64,000 nt of DNA from Candidatus Cloacimonadales bacterium (GTDB lineage: Bacteria > Cloacimonadota > Cloacimonadia > Cloacimonadales > DAONDQ01): assembly GCA_963662275.1 (NCBI GenBank), contig OY759316.1, positions 3,808,001 to 3,872,000 of the forward strand. The letters run 5' to 3'. The notes under the pieces were generated by a model that saw nothing but the letters and a program-made list of their open reading frames with translations, was not told the origin of the DNA and did no database searches. The translations under genes and the position numbers were made by a program. This document shows positions 10,139-18,573 of the stretch, one piece after another (position 1 is the first letter of the stretch; every line of letters starts with the position of its first letter).

Positions 10139-11400
10139 AAATAATACGCATTCTCCTATTTCTGATTCTCGTTTTATTGAGCTTCTCCATCTCAGCAATT
10201 ACAACATCAAGATCACTTGCCTTTTCTGATTGCTATCTTTTAAGAGCTATCGGCTCTGATGCTTTATACTGGAATCCAGCAAATTTAACTACTCAACATG
10301 GCTCATTTGATATACCAATCGTAAATTTCAAATTCAATATTGAAAACAATGGTCTTAATATTCATACTTATAACAAAGTTACCGGACAATTTCTTGATGA
10401 TGCTCTGAAAGATGACGTATTATCTGGTTTCAAAGGACATCTGGGATTCCAGGGAAGCATGCATAGTACAATTCTTGGTATGACTTTAGGACGCATTGGT
10501 TTGGGGATTGGAGTCAATGCAGTTGGTTCAGGTAAATTATCAAAGCAATACATGAATTTGCTTCTTTATGGAAATTCAGAACAGGATGAAATTGTTTTTA
10601 CTAAACATCATAATGATGCAGAAGGAATTGCTTATTCAGATATAACTATCGGTGCGGGTGATTATGAGATATCACGACTGGTTCCGATTTATGTTGAAAA
10701 AGAGTTACCTCCTATAAAAATTGGCTTTTCTGTGAGTGCTTTAACTGGTCTCATGGGATTTGAGGTTTCTTCTTTCAATGGTCATTTCTCAGCAACTGAT
10801 GATGGTATTAATTTAGTACAGGATGTAACCGTTAATGAAGGTACCTTTGGTTATGGGTACAAAGGAATGATCGGTCTAAAATCAGAACCTATTAATCACT
10901 TAGAAGTAGGTCTTACATTTGATAATATCTTGGGAAACATAACATGGTCTGGCAGTAATAAAAAGCACTTTGCTCATGTTGAAGTTGATAGCCTCTATAT
11001 TTCCGATTTGAATTCCGATATCTTTAATCCAACTGATTCAACTGCTGATATGGGATCTTTTACTACTATTTTACCTGCTGAAATGAATATCGGTGTCCTC
11101 TATCGTTTTCCTGTAGCTTCATTTTCCGTAGATTGGAGGCAAGGTTTTCAAAATTCCTTCATCACTTCAAAGCAGCCTCGGATAGCTTTTGGAGCTGAAT
11201 ATCTACCAACAAAGATGGTTCCTATTCAATTTGGTTATTCTTTACCGAATCAATTAGAACCTTATCGTTTTTCATACGGACTTGGATTAAGATTTACTCA
11301 CTTCGAAGTGGGTTTTGCTGTGCAATCATGTCACGCGCTAGTACCATGCAATTTATCAAGGGGATTTACTTTTGCATTACATTCCAGGGTTCTATATTAG
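10135..11400 (+). CDS. Outer-membrane beta-barrel protein (DUF5723/FadL-like fold, inferred)
   Basis: Signal peptide, ALYWNPANL motif, alternating amphipathic strands, C-terminal aromatic residue. Confidence 0.65.
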   Translation: MKIIRILLFLILVLLSFSISAITTSRSLAFSDCYLLRAIGSDALYWNPANLTTQHGSFDIPIVNFKFNIENNGLNIHTYNKVTGQFLDDALKDDVLSGFKGHLGFQGSMHSTILGMTLGRIGLGIGVNAVGSGKLSKQYMNLLLYGNSEQDEIVFTKHHNDAEGIAYSDITIGAGDYEISRLVPIYVEKELPPIKIGFSVSALTGLMGFEVSSFNGHFSATDDGINLVQDVTVNEGTFGYGYKGMIGLKSEPINHLEVGLTFDNILGNITWSGSNKKHFAHVEVDSLYISDLNSDIFNPTDSTADMGSFTTILPAEMNIGVLYRFPVASFSVDWRQGFQNSFITSKQPRIAFGAEYLPTKMVPIQFGYSLPNQLEPYRFSYGLGLRFTHFEVGFAVQSCHALVPCNLSRGFTFALHSRVLY

Positions 11401-13404
11401 ATGACCTATGTCCTAATTGCGTTATTTATCATACCTGTTGTTCTTTATTATCGTAAGACCCTGCCTGTACTGAACCAAAACCAGAAGATCATACTGGGAA
11501 TTCTTCGCTGGTTATCAATTTCCCTAATTTTGCTAATCCTCTTGAATCCTATTCTTTATTTCGTACATAAAATTACATATAAACCTGAGCTATTAATCTT
11601 ACATGACACTTCTAACAGTATGAAGTTGACGATCGAGCAGGTTACAAAAACAAATATGCTTTCTTCCATCGTTCAATCTTTCAAGGAAAAATATGCGAAA
11701 GCAGGATTTAAAGTAGTTGAGGATTCTTTTGCTGATGGTTATCGAGGAAAACCTACTTCAACAAATCTAGTAAATTCTCTTGAAGAAATGGCTCAAACCG
11801 GAAAATTATCTCATACAAACAAGATTCTCCTTGTTTCTGACGGTTGGTTTCGGGATGAAGAGCTTGATTTTCTAAATGATCTTAATATTCCCATTTATAC
11901 GATCAATCAACCAGTGAAACCTGATAGCACAGATGTCCAAATATCCTATTTGAAATATGACCGAATTGCATATAAAAATGAAAAAACAGCAATTTATGCC
12001 GGTGTTAATGCAATGCAATTCAGTGGAAAGGCAATTACTAAAATGTATTTGAATAAAAAACAAATTGCGTCTCAAATCATAGATTTTCAGAAGAATGCTT
12101 TTCAACAGATTGTATTTGAACCGACTTTTCCTCAGACAGGATTACAGCCTTTTGAAATCAAAGTCGAAATGATCGGTAAAAGGGAACGTAATACAGATAA
12201 TAACAGCTATCCTGGAGCAATACAAGTTTTTAGTGATAAATCTAGAATTGTAATATTCACAGATAAATTCAACTGGGATGTAAAATTCATCGCGGATGCA
12301 ATCCATACTAATGCCAGGTGGCGGACAGATATCTACCAAGTGCATGATGGACAGATATGGAGAGGTAACAGAATAGCTTCTATGAATGAACTTTCAGCAC
12401 TTCCAACAGAATCTGTTATTTTAATTAATAACGGTAATTTAGTCTTTCCAGAAATCATCAAACAATATGTCATGAATGCTGTACAAAGAGGATGTGGCTT
12501 ATGTGCGCTAGGGAAGCCAATAGCAAATTTTGGGGATATACTTCCGGCAACGATATCTAACATATCCAACTCATATCAATCGGGGTTCAGACTTAATCCA
12601 TCTGCTGGAGCTTATACTTTTTTAGATTATGATACTAAAGCGATTGCTGATATTCCTCCGGTACAGTATTATTATGTTCAACCTCGTCCAGGTAGTACGA
12701 TCTTGGGGACAATTGAGAATGATCAGCATAGTCCGGCAATTCTGGAGAAACAGTTTGGCAAAGGGAAAGTGCTGGAATTTGTCTTCCTGGATCTTTGGAA
12801 ATGGCAATTATGGTCGAATAACAATGAATACCAGAAACTCATAACGAATATGCTCTACTGGTTGGGTAACCAGGAACAGAAGCGCTTTCAAGCACAAACT
12901 ACTAAGAATAGTTATTTTCTAGGTGAGAGCATTCGAATCCATTTAACGGCTGTTGATGATAAGCAAATGCCCATGAATGATCTGGATGCTAGGATTCAAG
13001 TCAAAAATAGTTTAGGGAAAACAGTCTTTGATGATTATCTTGTCCGACAAGGAGATGATTTTCAATCTCTTCTACCAGATTTGAATTCTGATAGCTACAA
13101 GTTCAAAATTTTCGACGAAAAAACCAAACAACAGACTGAAGGAGCATTTATCGTTAGCAATCAGAATCTTGAAACCAGAGATTTTGGTTTCAACCAGCCT
13201 CTGTTGTTTTATACATCACAGATAACAAATGGAAAAAGTCAGACTCCTGCAGATATTAGTTCTCTAAAACCTGTAAAGGAACAGGCAATGATGGAAGATA
13301 AAAGATTGGAAATACCATTATATCGAAAATGGTACATCATAGCGCTTTTCCTGCTAAGCTTCTGTCTTGAATTGTTTCTCCGCAGATTTTGGGGATTATT
13401 GTAG
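11401..13404 (+). CDS. Membrane-anchored vWA-domain protein
   Basis: N- and C-terminal TM helices; MIDAS-like DTSNS...T...SDG; C-terminal LELFLRRFWGLL. Confidence 0.7.
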   Translation: MTYVLIALFIIPVVLYYRKTLPVLNQNQKIILGILRWLSISLILLILLNPILYFVHKITYKPELLILHDTSNSMKLTIEQVTKTNMLSSIVQSFKEKYAKAGFKVVEDSFADGYRGKPTSTNLVNSLEEMAQTGKLSHTNKILLVSDGWFRDEELDFLNDLNIPIYTINQPVKPDSTDVQISYLKYDRIAYKNEKTAIYAGVNAMQFSGKAITKMYLNKKQIASQIIDFQKNAFQQIVFEPTFPQTGLQPFEIKVEMIGKRERNTDNNSYPGAIQVFSDKSRIVIFTDKFNWDVKFIADAIHTNARWRTDIYQVHDGQIWRGNRIASMNELSALPTESVILINNGNLVFPEIIKQYVMNAVQRGCGLCALGKPIANFGDILPATISNISNSYQSGFRLNPSAGAYTFLDYDTKAIADIPPVQYYYVQPRPGSTILGTIENDQHSPAILEKQFGKGKVLEFVFLDLWKWQLWSNNNEYQKLITNMLYWLGNQEQKRFQAQTTKNSYFLGESIRIHLTAVDDKQMPMNDLDARIQVKNSLGKTVFDDYLVRQGDDFQSLLPDLNSDSYKFKIFDEKTKQQTEGAFIVSNQNLETRDFGFNQPLLFYTSQITNGKSQTPADISSLKPVKEQAMMEDKRLEIPLYRKWYIIALFLLSFCLELFLRRFWGLL

Positions 13405-13412
13405 AGGTAAGT

Positions 13413-14471
13413 GTGGAACGTAAATATACTCAGACAATACATGTCGGAACAACTCCTATTGGGGGAGGACATCCCATTTCGATTCAATCAATGACGAATA
13501 CAGATACCGCAAATGTGAGAGCAACCGTTGCCCAGATTCACCTGTTACAAAAAGCCGGGTGCGACATTATCAGGGTTGCTGTTCCTGATCAGAATGCTGC
13601 TGAAGCCTTGGGAAAGATACGTTCACAAATTCATATTCCATTGATTGCTGATATTCATTTTGATCATCAATTGGCATTAACTGCTCTCGAACAGGGAGTG
13701 GATGGTTTACGACTGAATCCGGGAAATATAGGAAGCAAAGATAAGATCAGAGCAGTTGTTGCTGCTGCAAAAGAACGGATGGTTCCAATTCGGATTGGTG
13801 TTAATAGCGGTTCTTTATCCAAAGAAATATTAACTCAATATGGCTATACACCAGAGGCTCTCGTAGAAAGTGCCCTTGAGCATGTGATGATTTTGGAAAA
13901 AATGGGATATGAGGCAATCAAGATTTCCGTAAAAGCTTCTTCGGTTCTAATGACAGTTAAGAGTTATCGACTTCTCTCTCAAAAAGTTTCTTATCCGTTG
14001 CATATTGGTATTACCGAAGCAGGAACTGAGTTTAGCGGTACGATTAAATCTTCCATGGGCATTGGAGCTTTGCTGATGGAAGGAATTGGTGATACGATAC
14101 GCATATCCCTGACTGCTGATCCAATTACTGAAGTGAATGTCGGAATGGAAATACTGAAAGGGTTAGGTCTTCGAAAAGGTCTACAGATAATATCCTGCCC
14201 AACCTGCGGTAGAACACGCATCGATTTAATACATTTAGCAAAGCAAGTGGAAAAAGCTCTTGTTCCATATCAAAAGCTGAATATTACTGTAGCTGTCATG
14301 GGCTGTGCTGTTAACGGACCGGGTGAAGCCAGGGAAGCTGATTATGGAATAGCAGGTGGAAATGGAGAAGGAATTATTTTCAGGAAAGGCGAAATTGTAG
14401 CTAAGATGCCCGAAACAGAACTTCTCTTATCTTTGCTGGATTTGATTCAATCTGAAAATCCAGTTCATTGA
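13413..14471 (+). CDS. ispG: HMBPP synthase IspG
   Basis: QSMTNT, ADIHF, RLNPGN, CPTCGR and MGCAVNGPGE; probable GTG start after GAGG. Confidence 0.96.
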   Translation: MERKYTQTIHVGTTPIGGGHPISIQSMTNTDTANVRATVAQIHLLQKAGCDIIRVAVPDQNAAEALGKIRSQIHIPLIADIHFDHQLALTALEQGVDGLRLNPGNIGSKDKIRAVVAAAKERMVPIRIGVNSGSLSKEILTQYGYTPEALVESALEHVMILEKMGYEAIKISVKASSVLMTVKSYRLLSQKVSYPLHIGITEAGTEFSGTIKSSMGIGALLMEGIGDTIRISLTADPITEVNVGMEILKGLGLRKGLQIISCPTCGRTRIDLIHLAKQVEKALVPYQKLNITVAVMGCAVNGPGEAREADYGIAGGNGEGIIFRKGEIVAKMPETELLLSLLDLIQSENPVH

Positions 14472-14475
14472 GATC

Positions 14476-16179
14476 ATGTCTCACAAATTTATCCTGATTG
14501 CAGTTATTGTTTTCCATATTTCCTTTCTGCTTGCACAAGTTATAGTCAGTGAAGTGGTATTCAAAGGTAATAAAGCTGTTGAAGATAAGAATCTATTGAA
14601 TCGAGTTAGTTTGAAACCTGGTTCTATTTTTGACTCTGAGATGTTAAAAGCAGATAGTGAAAAGTTACAGCAGTATTATGAAAAACTAGGTTTTTTTCAA
14701 GCTCAGATTCATTATCCCCAAGTTGTGCCTCTCACCGCTGAATTAATACAAATTGTTTATCAGATTGAGGAAAATGGAAAAAGCAAGATAACCAAAATCA
14801 ATATCAGGGGAAATCGGTATTTTCCAGTTTCAAAATTGGAAGAAATCCTAAGTTATACATCTGAAACAACCTGGGATTTTACAGAGATCAATCAGCTTTT
14901 ACAGAATATCACTGATTTATATACTTCGAGAGGATATCTATTTGCTGCTGTTTCTATGGATAGTTTAAAACAACTTAGTCCAGGTTATACAGCTTATATC
15001 AAAATTGAAGAAGGCAGTCTCTGTCATATTACGAATTATCAATTTCAAGGAAATAAAAATACTAAACCAGCTACTTTGCTGAAATTGTCAGGTTTAGAGC
15101 AAGTATCAATGATAACACCTTCAGTGATTAACCAGGCAGAAGAAAACATTAGATCTAAACAATATATCAAGAATTGCAGAATTATCCCCATCAACGAATC
15201 TACTCTGTTAATTTCGGTTGAAGAGGATAAAATGACCAGGATTGCCGGTTTTGTCGGTTACAACAATGCCAATGTCGCAACCAGCCAAAAACTAAGCGGT
15301 AATTTGCAATTTCAATTTTTAAATCTCTATGGAACAGATAGGAATCTATCATTCCAATGGTTCCAGATCCAAAATCAACACCAAACACTTGAACTTGCCT
15401 ATCATGAGTCAGGACCATTTCGAATTCCTTTGGCAGGTAATATTTCGCTATATCGAGAGCAGGCAGATTCGACTTGGATCAAGACCAGGATTACTCTCAA
15501 CTTATATTATTATTTGCTTTTTAACCAGGTCGGATTCAATTTAATTACTGATGATGTCTTTCCCGGATCAAGAAGACCACCTATTATTGATAATGATCAT
15601 GAAAAGACCATCGGTATCTTTTGGAAATTCACGAATGTAGATTATAGTCCGAACCCTGGAATCGGTATGTCTGCCTCTGTCAATCTCGACCAGGTTTTTG
15701 TTCACACCGATAGCTTGAAATCAACTCGCAATGCCTTCACTTTTACATGGAATAATTATCATCCGGTCGGGAAAAAATTTGTCTGGTTTTTAGGATTAAA
15801 TGGTAAGCAATTATCAGATAAAAATGCTCCTTATTACAGATTGTTTCAATTAGGTGGTTTCAGTAATTTACGAGGTTTCACCGAAAATAATTTTACAGGC
15901 TGGCGAGTTGGTTGTGTCAATAATGAATTTCGACTTCGAACTGGAAAAGATTCAAGAATTCAGATATTTCTTGATTATGGATATGTTGAATTTCAGCAAA
16001 TCCTGCTACAGTCAAAAAGGGAACGTATACTTGATAAGCTTTTCGGTACAGGGATCGGTTTACGAATCAATACACGTCTCGGTGTAGTCGGTATTGACTA
16101 TGCCTTGGGGTACGATGGACACAAATGGACTGACCCTTTGAATGGTATTATTCACTTCGGTTTGGACACAAAATTCTGA
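14476..16179 (+). CDS. Omp85 family (BamA/TamA-like) protein with POTRA domains
   Basis: Signal peptide, three POTRA-like GN repeats, LGGFSNLRGF loop-6 motif, C-terminal Phe. Confidence 0.85.
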   Translation: MSHKFILIAVIVFHISFLLAQVIVSEVVFKGNKAVEDKNLLNRVSLKPGSIFDSEMLKADSEKLQQYYEKLGFFQAQIHYPQVVPLTAELIQIVYQIEENGKSKITKINIRGNRYFPVSKLEEILSYTSETTWDFTEINQLLQNITDLYTSRGYLFAAVSMDSLKQLSPGYTAYIKIEEGSLCHITNYQFQGNKNTKPATLLKLSGLEQVSMITPSVINQAEENIRSKQYIKNCRIIPINESTLLISVEEDKMTRIAGFVGYNNANVATSQKLSGNLQFQFLNLYGTDRNLSFQWFQIQNQHQTLELAYHESGPFRIPLAGNISLYREQADSTWIKTRITLNLYYYLLFNQVGFNLITDDVFPGSRRPPIIDNDHEKTIGIFWKFTNVDYSPNPGIGMSASVNLDQVFVHTDSLKSTRNAFTFTWNNYHPVGKKFVWFLGLNGKQLSDKNAPYYRLFQLGGFSNLRGFTENNFTGWRVGCVNNEFRLRTGKDSRIQIFLDYGYVEFQQILLQSKRERILDKLFGTGIGLRINTRLGVVGIDYALGYDGHKWTDPLNGIIHFGLDTKF

Positions 16180-16514
16180 GAAAACAATGTTTTTATTATT
16201 AGCGAATTTGCTATAATATAGATACAAAATAAAAAATACCTTGCCATTTTTTATTAATTTGTTTTTATTGAGACTGAATTAGAGAATGACATTTATAGTG
16301 TGAGTAAGGACTGTGTCGAAACGAACAAATACCACCGGTATTTGATTTATTTATTTTGAAAATTAACCTATTACAAGCATTATAAATCGTTCTAAAATGC
16401 ACAGGATATAAAAAAAAACTTGCACAAAATATCCTGTTTAAATCATTGAATCTATAAAGAATGCAATGCAATGCATTACCCGAAAAATATGATGTACAAA
16501 AAATGGAGGAATCA

Positions 16515-16712
16515 ATGTTCAAAAAAATCGCACTTATCACTCTGTTAGTTATCGCTGTTACGTTTGCCATAATGATGACAGGTTGCGCCAAAAAAGCTGC
16601 TACAACTGAAACACCAGTTGATACAACAATGACAGCGCCTGCGCCTGATACCACAATGGCACCAGCTCCAGCTCCAGAAGCTCCGGCTCCAGAAGCTCCA
16701 GCTAAAAAATAA
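16515..16712 (+). CDS. Small Pro/Ala-rich lipoprotein
   Basis: GGAGGA RBS, MFKK...MMTGC signal, DTTM-APAP/EAPAP repeats, own terminator. Confidence 0.8.
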   Translation: MFKKIALITLLVIAVTFAIMMTGCAKKAATTETPVDTTMTAPAPDTTMAPAPAPEAPAPEAPAKK

Positions 16713-16750
16713 TCGTTACATTAATTTGTGACTGATTAACACAGTCCTTT

Positions 16751-16783
16751 TGGGCAGGCAAGACGTTGCCTGCCCATTTTTTT
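16751..16783 (+). terminator. Intrinsic terminator of the small lipoprotein gene
   Basis: TGGGCAGGCAA-GACG-TTGCCTGCCCA followed by T7. Confidence 0.85.
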
Positions 16784-16787
16784 AAAC

Positions 16788-16817
16788 AAAAAAAAGGAAC
16801 GCTTTAGCGTTCCTTTT
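16788..16817 (-). terminator. Intrinsic terminator of panDC
   Basis: AAAAGGAACGCT-TT-AGCGTTCCTTTT with an A-run on the left (U-tract on the minus strand). Confidence 0.8.
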
Positions 16818-16829
16818 CATTTAAATATC

Positions 16830-17669
16830 CTAGATTTCTATATTATCTATCAATCGTGTCTTGCCAAAATATACTGCCACAAGAGCGCGATTACCGTGCA
16901 CCAGTGTTACCACAGGTTCCAGTGTTTTTGCATCTACTATTTCCACATAATCTATCTTTCCTTGTGCACGATTCAAAATGTCTAGCATGATCTTTTTTGC
17001 CTCGTGGATATTGTTCTCTCCAGAATGAGCATATTCATGAATTACCTGGAGTGATTTGGAAAGTGATAGAGCTCTTTGTCTTTCTTCAGAGCTTAAGTAT
17101 TTGTTCCTGGAACTCATTGCCAGACCGTCAGTTTCTCTGACTATTGGGCATCTTTTGATCACAGTTGGGAGATCAAGATCAGTAATCATCTTCTCCAGGA
17201 TTACAATCTGCTGATAATCTTTTAATCCCATATACATATAGGAGGGATTGACCAGGTTCATCAGCTTTGCCACAATAGTAGTGACCCCTTTGAAGTGTTC
17301 GGGTCTGCTTTTTCCACAAAGAACATTCGATAAATCATCTACCTTGATCCAAGTTTTAAAGCCTTGCGGGTAAATGTCGATGTCTAGTGGGCAAAAAACG
17401 TAATTTACGTGACATGAAGCTAAAAGTGATAAATCATGCTCAAGGTCACGCGGATACGCTGAGAAGTCTTCATTTGGAGCAAATTGACTAGGATTCACAT
17501 AAATACTGACAACGATGATTTCGCATTCCTTTTCTGCAGCTCGAATAAGGCTGATATGACCTTCATGGAGATATCCCATTGTCGGTATGAATCCAATCTT
17601 TTTACCTGGTTTCCAATGGCGGGAGATCGCAAGCATTTCCGGCAGTGTGCGGATGATTATCGGAATCAT
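16830..17669 (-). CDS. panC: Pantoate--beta-alanine ligase
   Basis: PTMGYLHEGH, KDYQQ, AMSSRN and RLIDN motifs. Confidence 0.97.
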   Translation of the reverse strand: MIPIIIRTLPEMLAISRHWKPGKKIGFIPTMGYLHEGHISLIRAAEKECEIIVVSIYVNPSQFAPNEDFSAYPRDLEHDLSLLASCHVNYVFCPLDIDIYPQGFKTWIKVDDLSNVLCGKSRPEHFKGVTTIVAKLMNLVNPSYMYMGLKDYQQIVILEKMITDLDLPTVIKRCPIVRETDGLAMSSRNKYLSSEERQRALSLSKSLQVIHEYAHSGENNIHEAKKIMLDILNRAQGKIDYVEIVDAKTLEPVVTLVHGNRALVAVYFGKTRLIDNIEI

Positions 17670-18028
17670 CTCAATCTTTCACTCACAGGCTGGTTGTTTT
17701 CATCTACAGTAATTACTTTTGGTGTGTGTTTACCCATCTCTTCCTCAGTCATTAAACCGTAATTCACGATGATAACTTTATCCCCTCGATGTACAAGCCG
17801 GGCTGCTGCGCCATTAATACCGATTTCGCCGGTTCCGTACGTTCCTGTGATGATATATGTCTCAAATCGATTACCATTGGAGAGATCAAAGATTTCGACT
17901 TTTTCAAATTCTCTCATACCGGTAATTTCCATTAATTGGGCATCTATTGTAATGCTACCGACATAATCGATATCAGTCTGGGTAATTGTAGCTCTATGAA
18001 TTTTTGATAAAAGTATGCTTCTTAGCAT
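17666..18028 (-). CDS. panD: Aspartate 1-decarboxylase
   Basis: KIHRAT...YVGSITID self-cleavage site and NGAAAR; GGAGG RBS before ATG 18028. Confidence 0.96.
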   Translation of the reverse strand: MLRSILLSKIHRATITQTDIDYVGSITIDAQLMEITGMREFEKVEIFDLSNGNRFETYIITGTYGTGEIGINGAAARLVHRGDKVIIVNYGLMTEEEMGKHTPKVITVDENNQPVSERLR

Positions 18029-18134
18029 GAGACCTCCAATGTTTATCAATACAAACTATTCGAGGCAGGATTTTTGTAAATTATTTTTATTTGATTCACA
18101 ATTACGTGGCTTATAAATCTATTCATTATATTCA

Positions 18135-18484
18135 TGGTGGAGGTGGCGGGAATCGAACCCGCGTCCAAAGAATGACAAAACAAGGAATCTACATGTTTAG
18201 TTGTCTGTTAATCTCACGGAAACGTCACCAGACAATCAGAGCAGCGGTTCCGCCAGCTTGTTAAATTGTCGGCAAATGGGACAAGCTTTCCATTCGCTTA
18301 GCTGTCATTATGCCGTTTGACCCGTTGCCAGACAGCGAAGGCAACGGCAAACGCTAGCAGGTTAAGCCGCTAGAGCGTAATTATCGTTTGCAATTAGTTT
18401 TTATCACCATTGTTAACGGGTAAGATGATTTCCCCGACATGCATCCCTGATCCCTCTATTCCCTGTCGAAACCAGGTCACCCCC
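18135..18484 (-). ncRNA. ssrA: tmRNA; tag peptide ANDNYALAA at 18391..18362
   Basis: 5' GGGGGTGA...TTCGAC; 3' T-arm GCGGGTTCGATTCCCGCCACCTCCACCA; internal reading frame GCA AAC GAT AAT TAC GCT CTA GCG GCT TAA. Confidence 0.97.
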
Positions 18485-18513
18485 ATATGTCATAATTCAA
18501 AGATCTATGATAC

Positions 18514-18542
18514 ATAGTATTTAAGAGTTGCAGGGTTGTCAA
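18514..18542 (-). promoter_or_regulatory. sigma70-type promoter for ssrA
   Basis: TTGACA-17 nt-TACTAT about 30 nt upstream of the mature 5' end. Confidence 0.7.
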
Positions 18543-18573
18543 AGGAAAAGAAGAAATGAACCCATGACATTCC

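Noticed and set aside
18135..18170. tRNA gene, or an attachment site for an integrated island
   Set aside because: It is the tmRNA 3' end; no duplicate of it and no integrase were seen in the window.
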